From positions 1,922,001 through 1,986,000 of the forward strand of contig MU008161.1 in assembly GCA_010909165.1 (NCBI GenBank): 64,000 nt of DNA, written 5' to 3'. The translations under genes were made by a program, and so were the position numbers. This document shows, piece after piece, positions 48,700-61,610 of the stretch (within the stretch, counting starts at the first letter, position 1; each line of letters opens with the position of its first letter). The stretch comes from Anthoceros angustus. Lineage: Eukaryota; Plantae; Anthocerotophyta. The notes under the pieces are model-generated. The model was not told where the DNA came from. It made no database searches and was given only the letters and a program-made list of their open reading frames with translations.

Positions 48700-49610
48700 G
48701 TAAATTTATGGATTCGGAGTGTGTGGGCTTATGGTTTGTGGGTTGTGAGGTTTGTGTGGAGTTTGTGGGGTTCCGGTTTGTGGATTGTAGGTATGGGTGG
48801 CTTTTTTGGGTCTCGGTTTTGTGGGCTGAAGTGTAGCTGGTTTGTGGATTGTGGTATGAGGCTCTTTTTTGGGTTGTGGTTTGTGATTTGTGGGCTTATA
48901 GGGTTTGTGTGCAGGGCTTGTATATTATTAGTATGAGGGTCTTTTTTTTGGGTTGTGGGTTCGTGGGGATTGTGTGGGCTGTGGGCTGTGGGTTTGTGGG
49001 TTTGTGGGCTGTGGTCATATGGGTTTGTGGGCTGTGGTCATGTGGGTTTGTGGGCTGTGGTTATGTGGGTTTGTGGGCTGTGGTCATGTGGGTTTGTGGA
49101 TTGTGAGTATGGGGCTCTTTTATGGGTTGTGGGTTTGTGATTTGTGGGTTTGTAGGGTTTGGGTGGGCTGTGGGGCTTGCGGGCCGTGAGTAGGAGGGTC
49201 TTTTTTTGGGCTGTGGGTTTGTGGCATGTGGGTTTGTGGCATGTGGGTTTGTGGAATGTGAGTATGGGGCTCATTTTTGGGTTGTGAGTTTGTAGGGGTT
49301 TGGGTGGGCTGTGGGGCTTGTGGGTCGTGAGTATGAGGGTCTTTTTTTGGGCTGTGGGTTTCTGGGCTGCGGGTTGGGGGTTTGTGGGCTGTGGTCATCT
49401 GGGTTTGTGGATTGTGAGTATGGGGCTCTTTTTTGGGTTGTGGGTTTGTGATTTGTGGGTTTGTGGATTGTGAGTATGGGGCTCTTTTTTGGGTTGTGGG
49501 TTTGTGATTCGTGGGTTTGTAGGGTTTGGGTGGGGTGTGGGGTTGTGGGTCGTGAGTATGAGGGTCTTTTCTTGGGCAGTGGGATTGTAGGGATTGTGTG
49601 GCGCTGTGGG
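48700..49610. repeat. G/T-rich satellite (TTGTGGGT/CTGTGGG core with higher-order units)
   Basis: About 900 bp of tttgtggg/ctgtggg with recurring gtgagtatggggctctttttt and gtatgagggtcttttttt spacers. Confidence 0.9.
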
Positions 49611-52393
49611 TGGCGGTGGCGGGGGCATGTGAGGCCGAGGTTCGAGGTCGAAGCCGGGGCAAACCAGTCGCTGTCGGGAAGGCAAGTGAATCCTGAGCCG
49701 AGCCCTGAACTGAGGGCAACTGAAAGCGTGTCAGAAGAAAGAGGGTGTCTGTCCCGTTGCTGTTGCCCCGAGTGAGTGGGCAGGGCAGGGCAGCGCATCC
49801 GATGGCAAGCGCACCAGTGGGCCGTCCCCAGTCCCCAGCCCCAGCCCCAGCCCCAGTAACCTTCGAAATCAGCTTCTGGACGTTTCACACTACGGCCATG
49901 TAACTTATCGCACTATTTTAGCCTTAATTTTCTGTTATCCTTGTCGTTTCGCGTGTCGCAATCGGAGCGATATCCCTTCGCATGGAGCCGCGTTCCCACT
50001 GCGCAGCCGCGGACGGTCGCGATGCCGCGATGCGCCTCATCGACCGCCGCGCAAGCGTTCGAACTTCGCGATTAATCCTGGCCCCCGTTACCCCACTCCG
50101 TAACAGGAATCGGCCCCGGTGAGAACGCGGCGATAAAGGAGTAACTTGATGCCCCTCTCTCTCTCCGTCTCCGTCTCCGTCTGTCTGCCTGTCTGCGTGC
50201 GTCGTCTCCTATTGCAAGCCAAGCGCGGCTGGCTGTGCCTGCCTGCTCTGCTGCTGCTGCTTCTTCCCTTCCTTTCCCTTCCTTCCTTCCCTTCCTCCCC
50301 ACACCCCTCCCCACCCTCCCCTCCCCTCCCGCGGCTCTCTCCCCGCCGCTGCCCGCCGCCTGCCCGCCCGCCTGCGCCACAGGCGAGCTCAGCTGCTGCC
50401 CGCGCGCGGAGTGCCCGCTGCTGCCCGCGGCGGCCTCATTCTCGCCTCGCCCGCTCCGCGATTCCGCTGTGCGCCGAGGAACAGCGAGAGCAGGAAATGG
50501 CGCGACGCCGTGGATCGTGAAGCCCGGGCGCGGTGTGAGCGGCCGGAGCCTGCCGGAAGCAGCATGGATGTGCGGGATTGGGACCTGGATTGAGCGCAGG
50601 ATTGATCGGAGGAACGTTGTGCGGAGGAGAACAGGGGCCGTGGCTGGTTAGGCGGTTGCGCGCGGGAATTTGCGGCTCGCGGGAGCAGGATTGGTGCTGG
50701 TGAGGTGCAATTGTGGCGGCCGCGTGCTCTTGCGGCTGCTGCAGCGGCGGATCAGCACGGTTTTGTGTCCAGTCCAGGGCAAGCTGCGGTGCGGAGGCTG
50801 CTGTGGATTGGAGCGGGAGCTTCCCGAGCAGTGCCTTCCTCTTGCTGCTGCTGCTGCTGCGTGGTGCGTCTCAGTGCAGTTACCTTCCTCGACTCGGAGG
50901 TGTCGCAAGGATTTGCGGTTACGCGCTGGCTGAGTGTGCGTGCGTGTTTGAGAGTGTTTGAGTGCCGCCGTCGCTTGTCTTGATTCCTCCTCTGTGTACA
51001 CTTTCTTCCTGGCTGCCTGCAAGTATGTGTGTCCACCCTAGCTGCTGCGCATTTGTGCTGCGGCTGCGGGAACGCCTTCTGCAATTGTGCATTTAGCGTG
51101 CCGCCGGTGGCCGGGAGCTTGCTTTGTTTGTGTGTGTGAGCCAAGTCCTTGGAGCCTGTGCTGTTCTGTGCTGTGCTGTCCTTCTTAGTACTGTGCCCGG
51201 TCGGCTCGTGGTGGTTGCCTCTTCTCGGTGCCGCGCATTGTGTTCAAGGCGCCGCCGAGTCTTTGAGTCCTTGTTTGCGTGCTCGGAGCTTGTAGTAGCC
51301 CCCGTTTTCTGCCCCTTGCCTTCCTTGCAACCCGGCGCACCCGAGTCTTGCATTCTAGATACTACTTTCCACTCGAATTCAGCAAGTGTGTCCGGTTTCT
51401 TCCTGCAGGGAGTGATACAGGCTGGAATAGTACTGCAGCGCGCGTGGTCGCGCAGGCCTGCTGGCTCTATCGAGGGGGACGACTTCGGCCAGCTCTCTCG
51501 GTGACTCTGTTATCACATGCTGCAGTACAAGCGGGAGCGCGGTTATCCAATTCTGGCAGCGATAGCATCGACAGGCGGTGTTCTTTAAGTGAGCACACTT
51601 TCACCACAGCTGATCTCACAGCAGCAGATGCGCACCTAGTCCTGACAAGCGGCCTCAAGTCTATCTGATTCATTCTTACCTGCACTCTGGCTGGCTTCTC
51701 ACAAGAAGGAGCGCGCCGGATCCTGAGGCCTCCGTCCACCTTACCCTGGGCCGGTGAGATGGTACATTGGCTTTGACGACTGTGGTAGGTGACACAGCAA
51801 TAGCGCTCACATTCAAATCTCCCTGGAGGTGTAAGCTTCCATGGCCAGCACCACTCTGTACACCTCTCCTACCCCGACTACATCGACAGCGTCCTCCAGT
51901 GAGGCCCCGAGACAAAAGACTCAACCCTCGAGTCGAATCCTCCAGGCTCTCTGCGTGTTCGAGCATCTTTCCAATCCAGGTACATTCTCCTCATCTCCTT
52001 CTGCAGGTGTCATGTGCCGTGGCGCTAAGCAAAACTCTTTGGAGTCCGTTACTGCAGTTGCTTCTTTGCGTACCCCCCGAAGAGTCCCATGTTTCTGCTT
52101 ACAGCACTGTGATTGTGATGACAGCTGCTTGCGTTTGAGAGTCCAGATGGTGTCATGAGCTGTATAGGGGGGGTACCGGTGGCCTTATCCTTGTTCCACA
52201 CTGAAGGAATTCGTTCCTCAGCTCGGGCGAGGCACTTAGCTGTCATCATCTATCTTGCCGCATTGTGGTGTTTAGTCTGCACGATCTGATTTCGTCTGCC
52301 TAGATTAGTGTAAAGTAGTAGGCGGTTATGTGTCGGGAAATCTAACTGCCATAGATTTCTGTCGCTGGCAAGAAATGCATGTTATTCAGAGCT

Positions 52394-55380
52394 ATGTCAG
52401 TGGGAAATGCATACTTGGAAGACAAGGTCACGAGCCTGGGGAGCCTGCAATCTGCTCTTCATTGCTTGGAGAGTACATGCTATCCTCTCATTAGCAGTAG
52501 GCGAAGGCGCCAGTTCCGGTCTCTGCCTTCTTTGTCCTCCGCTTCGCAGATGAATGGTCCGCGCGTTGTTCGAAGCTTTAGTTGGAGTAGTCGTCGGATG
52601 AATGTCTGGTAGAATTTTAAGGAGTAGGGCGCTTTGAGATGCATGAGGCGCAGGAATCGATTCCCGATGCCGCCTGACCTGCCCGTCTATCTTCCTGCAG
52701 AGGTCCTCAAGAGTGTGCAACTGTACTCGGAGAATGGAAGCTTGTCAGCCATACAGCAGGAGCTCACATTTTCACCCAACGGGTATGCTCAAATCAGTGA
52801 ACCGATTCCGTCCTATTTCCGGAAGTACAATGCAATCGACTCTGAGGACTTCTTCAATGCTCTAAAGAAGATCAATGAGAAGGACCTATGGAAGTGCATC
52901 TTCGAATATCACACGCACCGAGTTCCGGCAACCATTCCACCTCTTTTGTCCGTGTCCAGGTCGACTCTCTGCCCAGAGCTCATATTTCTGTGAATTTTGC
53001 TGGGATGGTAGCGGACACTAACTCTTTGCCTTTCCTGTTTCTTGCAGTAACCCTCTGTTGCAGAGCTTGCCCTGCCTGGCATATGATCTCATGTTGGTTG
53101 AGAAGGACATTCAGAGCAGAGCCTGCGATATCAACCAAGTCGTGGTGCCTTCCTCTCGCCTTCTGGAGCTGGATCGGCCTCACCATGACAGACGCCACTA
53201 TGGCAGCCTACAATGTACTAGTAGACTGCCCTCCCCTCAGGAGACATCTTTACAGAGTCCAACGAAGTGGAGCATATCGGCCATGTCTGCGTTGACTGGA
53301 CAATCTGGAAACACGGAGGAAGATGCGGAACGAGAAGCTTTGTTGATACGTGGGGATCATGATGCATTGGGGCAACAGGAAGATGAACCTGGTCACATAG
53401 TCGGACAGCATGAAATGGAGATGCACCAAGCCGAGACCAATCTGCATGAGTGGGGCTCAGATTTGGAGCTTGCAAGCCCTCGAATGTTTCACCCATGTCA
53501 GCTGGGGTCGTCTTGGAGCACCAGCACCATGACTTTTGCAGGTGCGTACCCTGTTTCTTACAACTCTCTTCTGTGCTGTTGCTGCTACCCGTTCTATGTT
53601 GTTGACAAACTTATGTACCGTCCTAGATATGTTGGTTCCATTTGACCACTGACGGATCGTCGGTCACCTTGTGAACCCCCTTGTTGCTGTGCAGGTGGTT
53701 TGTCAGGTCTGAGTCCTACTGCCCTCAGTCCTACATCCAGCATGGTTACAAACCAGAAAGGAGGCGGAATGGGCCCTCACTGTTCGTCCTGGAACTCCCC
53801 TCTATTTATTTCCAGCGGCAGTCTCCCCGCTGTTGATGGTTTTCCCTTGGATCCCTCCTCTTCTTTGTCAACCCATAGTAGCCTGGCTCACCTCAAGCCC
53901 CTGTCCACCGCCAGCGATTTCTCTAACTCCCTCACACCTTTGAGTCCCGGATCTTTGTTAGAGTCGAGTGTCAACTCCATTCTAGGTCCCAAGCAGGTCA
54001 GACAGCTGAACTCTGCAGGACACTTGAGGAGGGTTTATGAACGGTCTCCTTCACATTGCAGCGATGACAGCGTGGGCACTCCACTGAACCCAAAGAGAAT
54101 TGGGCAAGCGGAGGCTTTGGCATCTGTTGGGCTCTCTCTCCAGCCCCTAGGAACTTCGTTAGCTGGTGATAAGGAGACTGGGTTGATGTACAGAGACTTG
54201 GCCGGTTACTCAATTGAAGGTGCGGAGGGCTGCCCGACTCCACGGGGTTTTTCTGGTCTTCAGCACGAAGCCTTTCCTGCCTGTGCTAATGACAGCTTCC
54301 TAAAAAATGGGAGGTATTCAAGTGGCCAGCCAGAGGAGGATTTCAGCGCAAGTCGTCTGGAAGTGTTTCCTGCTGCTCAGGTTGAAAATTATGGTGGGTG
54401 TCAGAACGAGTCGTTTTCTGGGTTTCAGAATGACACTATTTATGCACCTCGGGCCGATGCATTTGCTCCTGGTGGCCACGCCGACATATTCTGGAACGAG
54501 AATTTCCTTAGGGACTGTCGCAACGAGGGGCTCCATGGAGTGGGATGCCTGCAAGATAGCCAACTTGGAAATGCTGGCTCCTTGCTGAGAGATCCACCTC
54601 GCAATCAAGGTGGTCTCCTGTCGAGAAACGGCAGGAGTGATGCATTTTCTCTGGACTCCGCAAGGGGTCCAGAAGTCAATTATCTCAACCGGACTTCTGA
54701 CTTGGCCAGTGTGGGCAACAACATATCAACAAAGAACATGCTGGAGAAGGTGACAGGCAATGCACAGGGCCACCACCAGCGGGGTCCCTCCGAGAGGATG
54801 ACAGAGATCACGCTGTCCGAACTCTCTCACTACTTCAACATGCCCATCACTCAGGCCTCCAAAGAGTTGAAGGTGGGCCTGACGGTGCTGAAAAAGAGAT
54901 GCCGTGAGTTTGGCATTCCCAGGTGGCCACATCGCAAGATGAAAAGTCTGGACAGCCTCATCCACAATATTCAGGTGATAGGAAATGGGCGGCTCTCTTT
55001 ACCATTTCTACTTTGATTCTGGTCTTTGAAGTTCTTTGTTCCTCATGCTCATTTTTGACGCGTCTTTGCAGGAGCTGGCCAAAGGTCCTGAAGGGCAGAC
55101 TTCTGGACAAGTGCTGAACGCAGTGAGAGAGCTTGAGTCTCAAAAGAAGAAGATGGAGGAAAGGCCTGGAATTGAGCTGGCTGAGAGAACGAAAAGGTTA
55201 CGTCAAGCTTGCTTCAAGGCAAGCTACAAGAAGAGGCGGCAGGCTCAGCTCGAGGCAGGTCTATCACAATCTAGCCAGAGTCGTCAATCCAAGGACGGCT
55301 CAGCTTCCGTGCGATTCGACCAACTGCCCATGTCAAGTGGAGGACATACAGAGTGCGTATCAACCACTATGGTGTCCTAG
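52394..55380 (+). CDS. RKD: RWP-RK transcription factor, RKD type; predicted exons 52394-52496, 52701-~52959, ~53048-53541, ~53695-54975, ~55072-55380
   Basis: RWP-RK domain [48 protein letters not shown] and C-terminal [17 protein letters not shown]. No PB1 domain, so RKD rather than NLP. The N-terminal [28 protein letters not shown] resembles RKD5-type N-domains. Start codon uncertain. Confidence 0.9.
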
Positions 55381-56247
55381 GACTGGGCTCCCTTCCGTCC
55401 AAACCAACTGACTGCCTGGGGAAATGTAGTGTTCTCGAGTCTTCGTCCTAATCTTATCATAATTTGTGGGAGGAGATGTAGATGTAGATATGCTAGCTGA
55501 GAAGGTTGCCACCGAGAATACTAACAGAAGCCCGTCTTGAATTCTAGGATTCCTCATTACCAGTAGTAGTATCAGAGCGAGTGAGAGATGAAGGAGGCCC
55601 AAGTTTTGCAGATGAGCTTTGTTCCGTCGTGTACAGATCGGATTGCAGATTGTTAGGAAGACTCAGGGGGACTGAGGAGCTTGGACGCTCTTCGGACGAG
55701 GAAGTCTTCGGATCTTCGGTCCTGCAGAGTTCAGTGGCTCGCAGACTAACTTATAGGCCCTGGCATCAGAATTTGGGAATTAGGTTATGCAGCTTCACTG
55801 GGTTCTTCACGTTCGTCGTGTTGTTCAGTCACCTACGCTGAAGTGTTTACGAGGAAACTACTACCTATAAAATATCGAAATTTATTCGTGCTTTCGATTT
55901 TGAGATGGAACTAAGACACCTGTTTTCAAAGGAGCGCGTATGGGTTTGTGAAAGATTTGTTTGTAAACTTATACAGCGTGTCCAACCTAAAAACATGTGA
56001 TTGTGCCAGAAAGGAGTTTGGCTCTACCTACACGTTCGAAGTATGGAATGGAATTTGCCTGCTGAGGGCATTTCGTTGCAATAATAGGGCACTCTGAAAA
56101 TATTATATCTACCTTTGTACAAAAGATTGCCAGATTTGCCTTTCGAGAAAGGGTTATCCCTGACACATGCTCTTTGACCAGGTATACATTAGGTTTGTCT
56201 GTAACAAATGATTCGTGTCTGTACATGTACATGTAGTGTCAACTCAC

Positions 56248-58421
56248 CTACTCTGATAAATAGCTGCGGAGATAGTCCAGGCGGGTAGGATGCTTCAGTT
56301 TGAGCAACCCTCGAGCCTCATATCGTCGTACCATTTCCCTTGACAAATTCAAGTTCCTGCCAATCTCTCCCAGTGAACGTTCACCCTTACCATCCAGCCC
56401 AAATCTTTGCCTGAGGACTATGCTTTCCTTTGGCTTCAGAGAGTCCAACTGTGGCATCAATCAAACATATGAGGAACATTAATAGGACAAGTCAACAACT
56501 GGTCAAACCTGGAGAATGCGTACCACGTCATCCATCCCAAGCCGCAGCAGAGCATCTCCTGATAGTCTCAGCAACTTGGTTTCCAAGTTCTCGCAATCGG
56601 CGAAATTCTGGACGTGCTCTTCTCCGGTAACCCTTGACCGCTCATACAAAGATCTGGTGTAGAGAGTGGACCGGACTATGTCCCGAAACCTGTCCTGCTT
56701 TAGACCTAACTTTGCTGCAACCTCCTCATCTGATGCTGGCCGTTCCAGTTTCAGGAGAAGCTCTAGTCTCGCTCTCTTGATGTTAAGCTTGTGCTGTTGG
56801 AAACAGGGCAACAACCATAAGTGAGAACCCAACCGATCCATCTGGGCACTCGACCAAATATATATATGCGTACTCCCTTACAACAGATCTCTTTCTTCGT
56901 GGGTTTTGCGGAGTACTCACACCGGCCAGATTAAATGGAGATCGCAGGAGGTGTCCAGATCTTGTTTGAGCTCGCAAAATAGAATTCCGAATCCAATAGA
57001 CAGCATATGTTGAAAATCTATGACCCCTTTCAGGGTCGAACTTGTCAACACCTTGGAGCAGTCCTTGAACCCCTTCCTGGCACAAGTCAAACAGGGACAA
57101 GTTCATCTTGTCCCTGTGATATTTGTGTGCTTGAAACAGTACCAACCTCAAGTTGTGCTGCAAAGAAGTTGAGAAAAACTCGCCTCAGGACAACGTACTG
57201 GAAATTTTGTCTACAGTATCACAAACAAGGTAAAACGACTAGACAGGTCGCACACGTAAGAGCACTTGCACCTGGATAAGCTTGTTACGAGCTGCTCTCC
57301 CAAGTGCCATCTGCCTCCGGAAAGAAGCCAGGTCCATTTTGGCCGCCACTGCCAGCTCTTCCTCAGTTGCATCCCTTCGAACTGTCTCGTTGAGAGTCCG
57401 CCGTAATCGTTGCAAGGTCTGTCCACGGACGGATCACAAATGAGCTGGATTGCAATTGAGGGAACGGCAACGCAACTCTTATCATATAGCCCGCCCTTAG
57501 CACATGAACGATCAGCATTACCCGAACACAATGGCTCACCTTCATCGGCTTCATCAAGAGAGCAAGCGAAGTTTCTTCAATCCCAGTCAGGATGCCTCTG
57601 TCAAGGTTGTTCCAACTGCTTCCCAGATCCAAGGCCGTGCCATACCGAGTGACTAAGTCTTCAGCCTGCTCCGACCACATATCTGTGATGTCATAGGTCA
57701 CCTCCTTTAGCACTTTCACATCCCTGGTGACCACATTATCCTTTCGCCTATGTCTTCCTTGAACTACGCTAAGACTTCCAACTATGTCCTCCTTTCCCTT
57801 CCTGATAGCAATGCGAGTTGTGAGATCCAACCGCCGCTTCCTACTTCCTTTCTTTACATCTGCCAACGCTGGAACACTTCCATCCGCTTGTGCTGCCGCT
57901 GACTGTGTCACTTCCATCCCAGCTTGGGCCGCCTTCTCCTGCTTTGCTCGCCTCTTCCCCGCCAGAGCGGGCACGGTATGGCTGGACGAAGGCTCACCCG
58001 TGCACTGACTGTCAAAATCAAGCCTTGGTTGAGACTCTAAATCTGCTACCAACTTCTCAAGCGACGGGACCGTAAAGATAGCCTCCGTTCCAGACACAGT
58101 CTCGTTGAACATCTTCTCCAGATCGGCCGCTCTCTGGTCAAAATCAATGACTTCATCCGCGGGAAACACTACCGTGGAGCGACTAATCGTAGCAGTAGCA
58201 CCAGCAGCAATGTTATTCTTCTTCCCCGACCTCTTCCCCCCCCTGATCCCTGCCACTACGGTGCAGCTCCCGCCTACGCGTTTGAACAACCCGGTCCCGG
58301 GACCAGGACTCCGCGAAATTGTGCCTCCTCCCAAACTATGCCTATGATACACCAGCGGAGAAGCAAACTGCGAATTCTCGAGCGCCAAAGCCGACAACCC
58401 GCCGAGTCTGACCTTCTCCAT
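56248..58421 (-). CDS. SIG5: Nuclear-encoded plastid RNA polymerase sigma factor 5, multi-exon
   Basis: Region 2 [47 protein letters not shown]; region 4 [49 protein letters not shown], typical of SIG5. Transit-like N-terminus. Confidence 0.9.
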
Positions 58422-59450
58422 ATCCTACAACACCAAACCCCGCACAATCACACCAAACCTGAGCTAACACAACACCAACCATTGCACAACCCCGGAAACA
58501 TTCAAACAAGAGCGGAAACAATCTGACAAGAGCGGAAACAATCTAACAAGAGCGAAAGCAACAACAAAGCCTTACAATCTTCCTCAAACCTGACAAATTT
58601 TCTCAAAAACTCCCCTCCAACGTCCCTTACAGCGACCTCACCTCAATGCAATCCCACAACCGCGCACTCCCTCACGACCCGGCCGCGAGCTGGCGAACTC
58701 GGCGAGACGCGATTTTCGACTCAGCAGCAGGATGCAGCAGGTCGGCCGGGTCCCGCAGCTCCGAGGACGGCAGCGGATGCGAGCCGACGTTCTGGCTAGG
58801 CCTTATGCGTTGAGCTGACACGCACAGCCACGCACAATGCAAGGCTGCCAGGCGAGGGAGGCAGATGGTGTGACCGGCGCCGGGAGCACCGGAAGCGGGC
58901 CGTGGAGCCCGGGCCCCGAGGAGGCTTTGGCCGCGCCTGCCGGTCGCCGGTCGCCCGTACGGCACGCCGGGCTGCGCCCATTGGTCCCACAGGCTCGGCA
59001 GGAATCGAGCGCATCCCGGTCGCCCACGCTGGCCGCTGCCTCGCATCCGGCGGGTACCAAGTCGCCAAGTCCTTCGCTTCCAACCATGTGAACCCACTTC
59101 CCCGGCAACCCAAGGTATGTTATCCGATATGTTACACCGGCACTGATAACTGCTCAATTGCCTATCGGTATCCATCTATTACACCCCTATCACCTAGTTC
59201 CTTATCTCCCTTTTATTATCCACATCTTATCTCCCTCTGGGTTTCTATCTAAATCCTATTGAGATATCACACGCTATTAGCGTCTTATACATCTAATACG
59301 ACACATTGTCCTAGTCGTCGTCATTGTGCCAAGGCAAGCCTAAAACAGGCCTAAAGCGTCTCACTCTCCTCCCTCACGACGTCAGTGCCCCGTTTTCAGT
59401 AATTAGCACTGTACAGAAAACCGCCAGGCACTTCGATGTCATCCGATGAG

Positions 59451-61056
59451 CTACTTCGGTAAAGCTGGCCTCTTGTTTTGATTTGGAGCAGGAAGTTGTA
59501 AGAATTGATAGGCCCAGGCTCCTGCGACAGCTCCGATGACAGGGCCAAGAATGTAAATCCAGAGTCCTTTGTAGAAGCTGGCAGCCACAGCTGGACCAAT
59601 CGACCTGGCCGGGTTCATGGATGCTCCCGAGACCGGCCTGGTAGGTAGGATTCACACGAAACATGAAAGTAAGCCTACGAAGTTGGGAGAAATTGCTGCA
59701 GAAAGAGAAGGGAAACGCAGGGAGGACAACGCACCCCGCAAACATGGCATCAAGTCCCACTGTGGATCCGACGGCCAGACCTGCAAACCCGGGAGCCTGT
59801 AACATGGCACGAGTCACAAAATTATGAAGATACTGCCAGCGTTCAAGCTTCCCTATTTGATCCTTCATTGCAGAATGGATTCACGAAACCTGGAATCGGT
59901 TGAATGACGAGATCGGAAACAAAAGACTCCACATGTTAGATGCAAGCAATGCATCCACTAGTAATATGATACAAGACTGCATAGATCGATTGTAATTTTG
60001 GATAGAAGCAACTACTATTTTCATGGACAGGATCTCGATTGCGATAGACCTCAGAATGGACGGAGCGATTTATTGACTGCCTTGCATGACAAAGATTTGG
60101 AAGAGAATCTGGTAGTTGTAGGACACAAAGGGAAGGATTTGAATTTGAGCTTACCGCCATAGGATCAGTGGCGCCTGCGGCGACAAACATGAGGATGAAC
60201 GTGGTGATAATCTCCAGCACGAAGGGCTGCCTGTAGCTTCCGGACGGAAATGTTGCTCCCAAATGGGACGTAAGGCCGTACGGGTTGAAGACGAGTCGAA
60301 GCGCAAAGCTGGCCGTGATTGCACCGATCAATTGAGCTGTGATGTAGATCGGGACCTGAAACCAGAGCATTGCAAACAGGAATTTGAGAAGAAGGTCGGG
60401 GTTAGATAGCGGTGGGGAAAAAGAGGTTGTGGCTCAAGGAGCTCACATAATGCCACTCTATCTTTCCGATGGAAGCGAAGCCGATGCTCACAGCCGGGTT
60501 GATGTGGCACCCGGAGATGTGTCCCAGTGCGTACACCAGCACTGTGACCACCAGCCCGAAGGTGAGCGCGACGCCGACATGTGAAAGCGCCTGCGTATTG
60601 GAATCCACAATCGCTGCTCCGCATCCAGCAAACACGAGGAAGAAAGTGCCTACAATCTCTGCTCCTATCTGTATTGCAGATTGAGTCGCGTTTCAGGAGA
60701 CGCGGATCGAGAAAGAAGCAAATGAAATGTAGTCAAGGAGGACGTGACTGAAACGCATGAGTCGTCTGTCACGGTTTAGTCACCTTTTGGAGGATGAAGT
60801 CCTCGTTAATGCGATTAACCAGTTGGAGGAGCTTGCTATCGGAAGACTTGTGCAGGCCATGCGCAGGAGTAATGTCTTTGCTGCTCTCCCTCTCGGTATC
60901 CCACATGCCGGGCTCGTCACGGTACTGAGTGGCAGGAAGAGCAGAGCCCGGAGGATGCATTCTGGAGGAAGGAACCTTGGAAGCAGGAAACTTGGCGGGA
61001 GGAGCCTTGCCTGAGGTTGGTACAGCTGCAATAGGGATGGTGGTTGAAGCAGCCAT
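59451..61056 (-). CDS. NOD26-like intrinsic protein (NIP aquaglyceroporin), 5 exons
   Basis: [52 protein letters not shown]. Four GT-AG introns. Confidence 0.92.
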
Positions 61057-61610
61057 ATCTGAGTCTGGACGATAAGTGGGAGGACTTGATGGGTCGCCTT
61101 GTTGTTGGAGGGCACACTGGGTCTTGTTGGTTCTCAGTCCTTTTCAGAGGACTGTTGTGAGTGAAGCCACGATTCGGGGAAGCCGGGTTGTTTTGTCAGT
61201 AGCAGAAGGTCGTACCCACAAGAGGAATGTAGGAAAGCTGGTACAGTAAGTTGCTCTTGGAAGTTGGACAAGTGTGGTGGTGGCGTTCTGCAACCAGCGT
61301 GGTACAAGAATCTGCTTTCCGCAAGTTTACATCACTTCGGCAACAGCATCCCTAAAAGGATCCAAAACTGCCTGTACTTAGATCGACCCATCAGGCTTGT
61401 TTGATTCTCCGATAAAAACAAGGTTTGCTGATGGCTGTTCCTTGTCGTAACAACTTCCATGTGAAACTCCGAGGAAGGGACTAGAAAATGACAAGTGCAG
61501 CAAGATGAAATCGTTACCAGGGTTGCTTAAGGGCTGATGATTCCAGGGCCGGCCAGATGACCATTTTCAGATAGTCCAGGGAGAAAGTCTGCAACATGCA
61601 AATGTGAGGC

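Noticed and set aside
48697-49888. ORFs rich in C/G/L/W/V or P/T/H/K; possible telomere array
   Set aside because: These are translations of the TGTGGG satellite. The unit is not TTTAGGG and the tract is internal.
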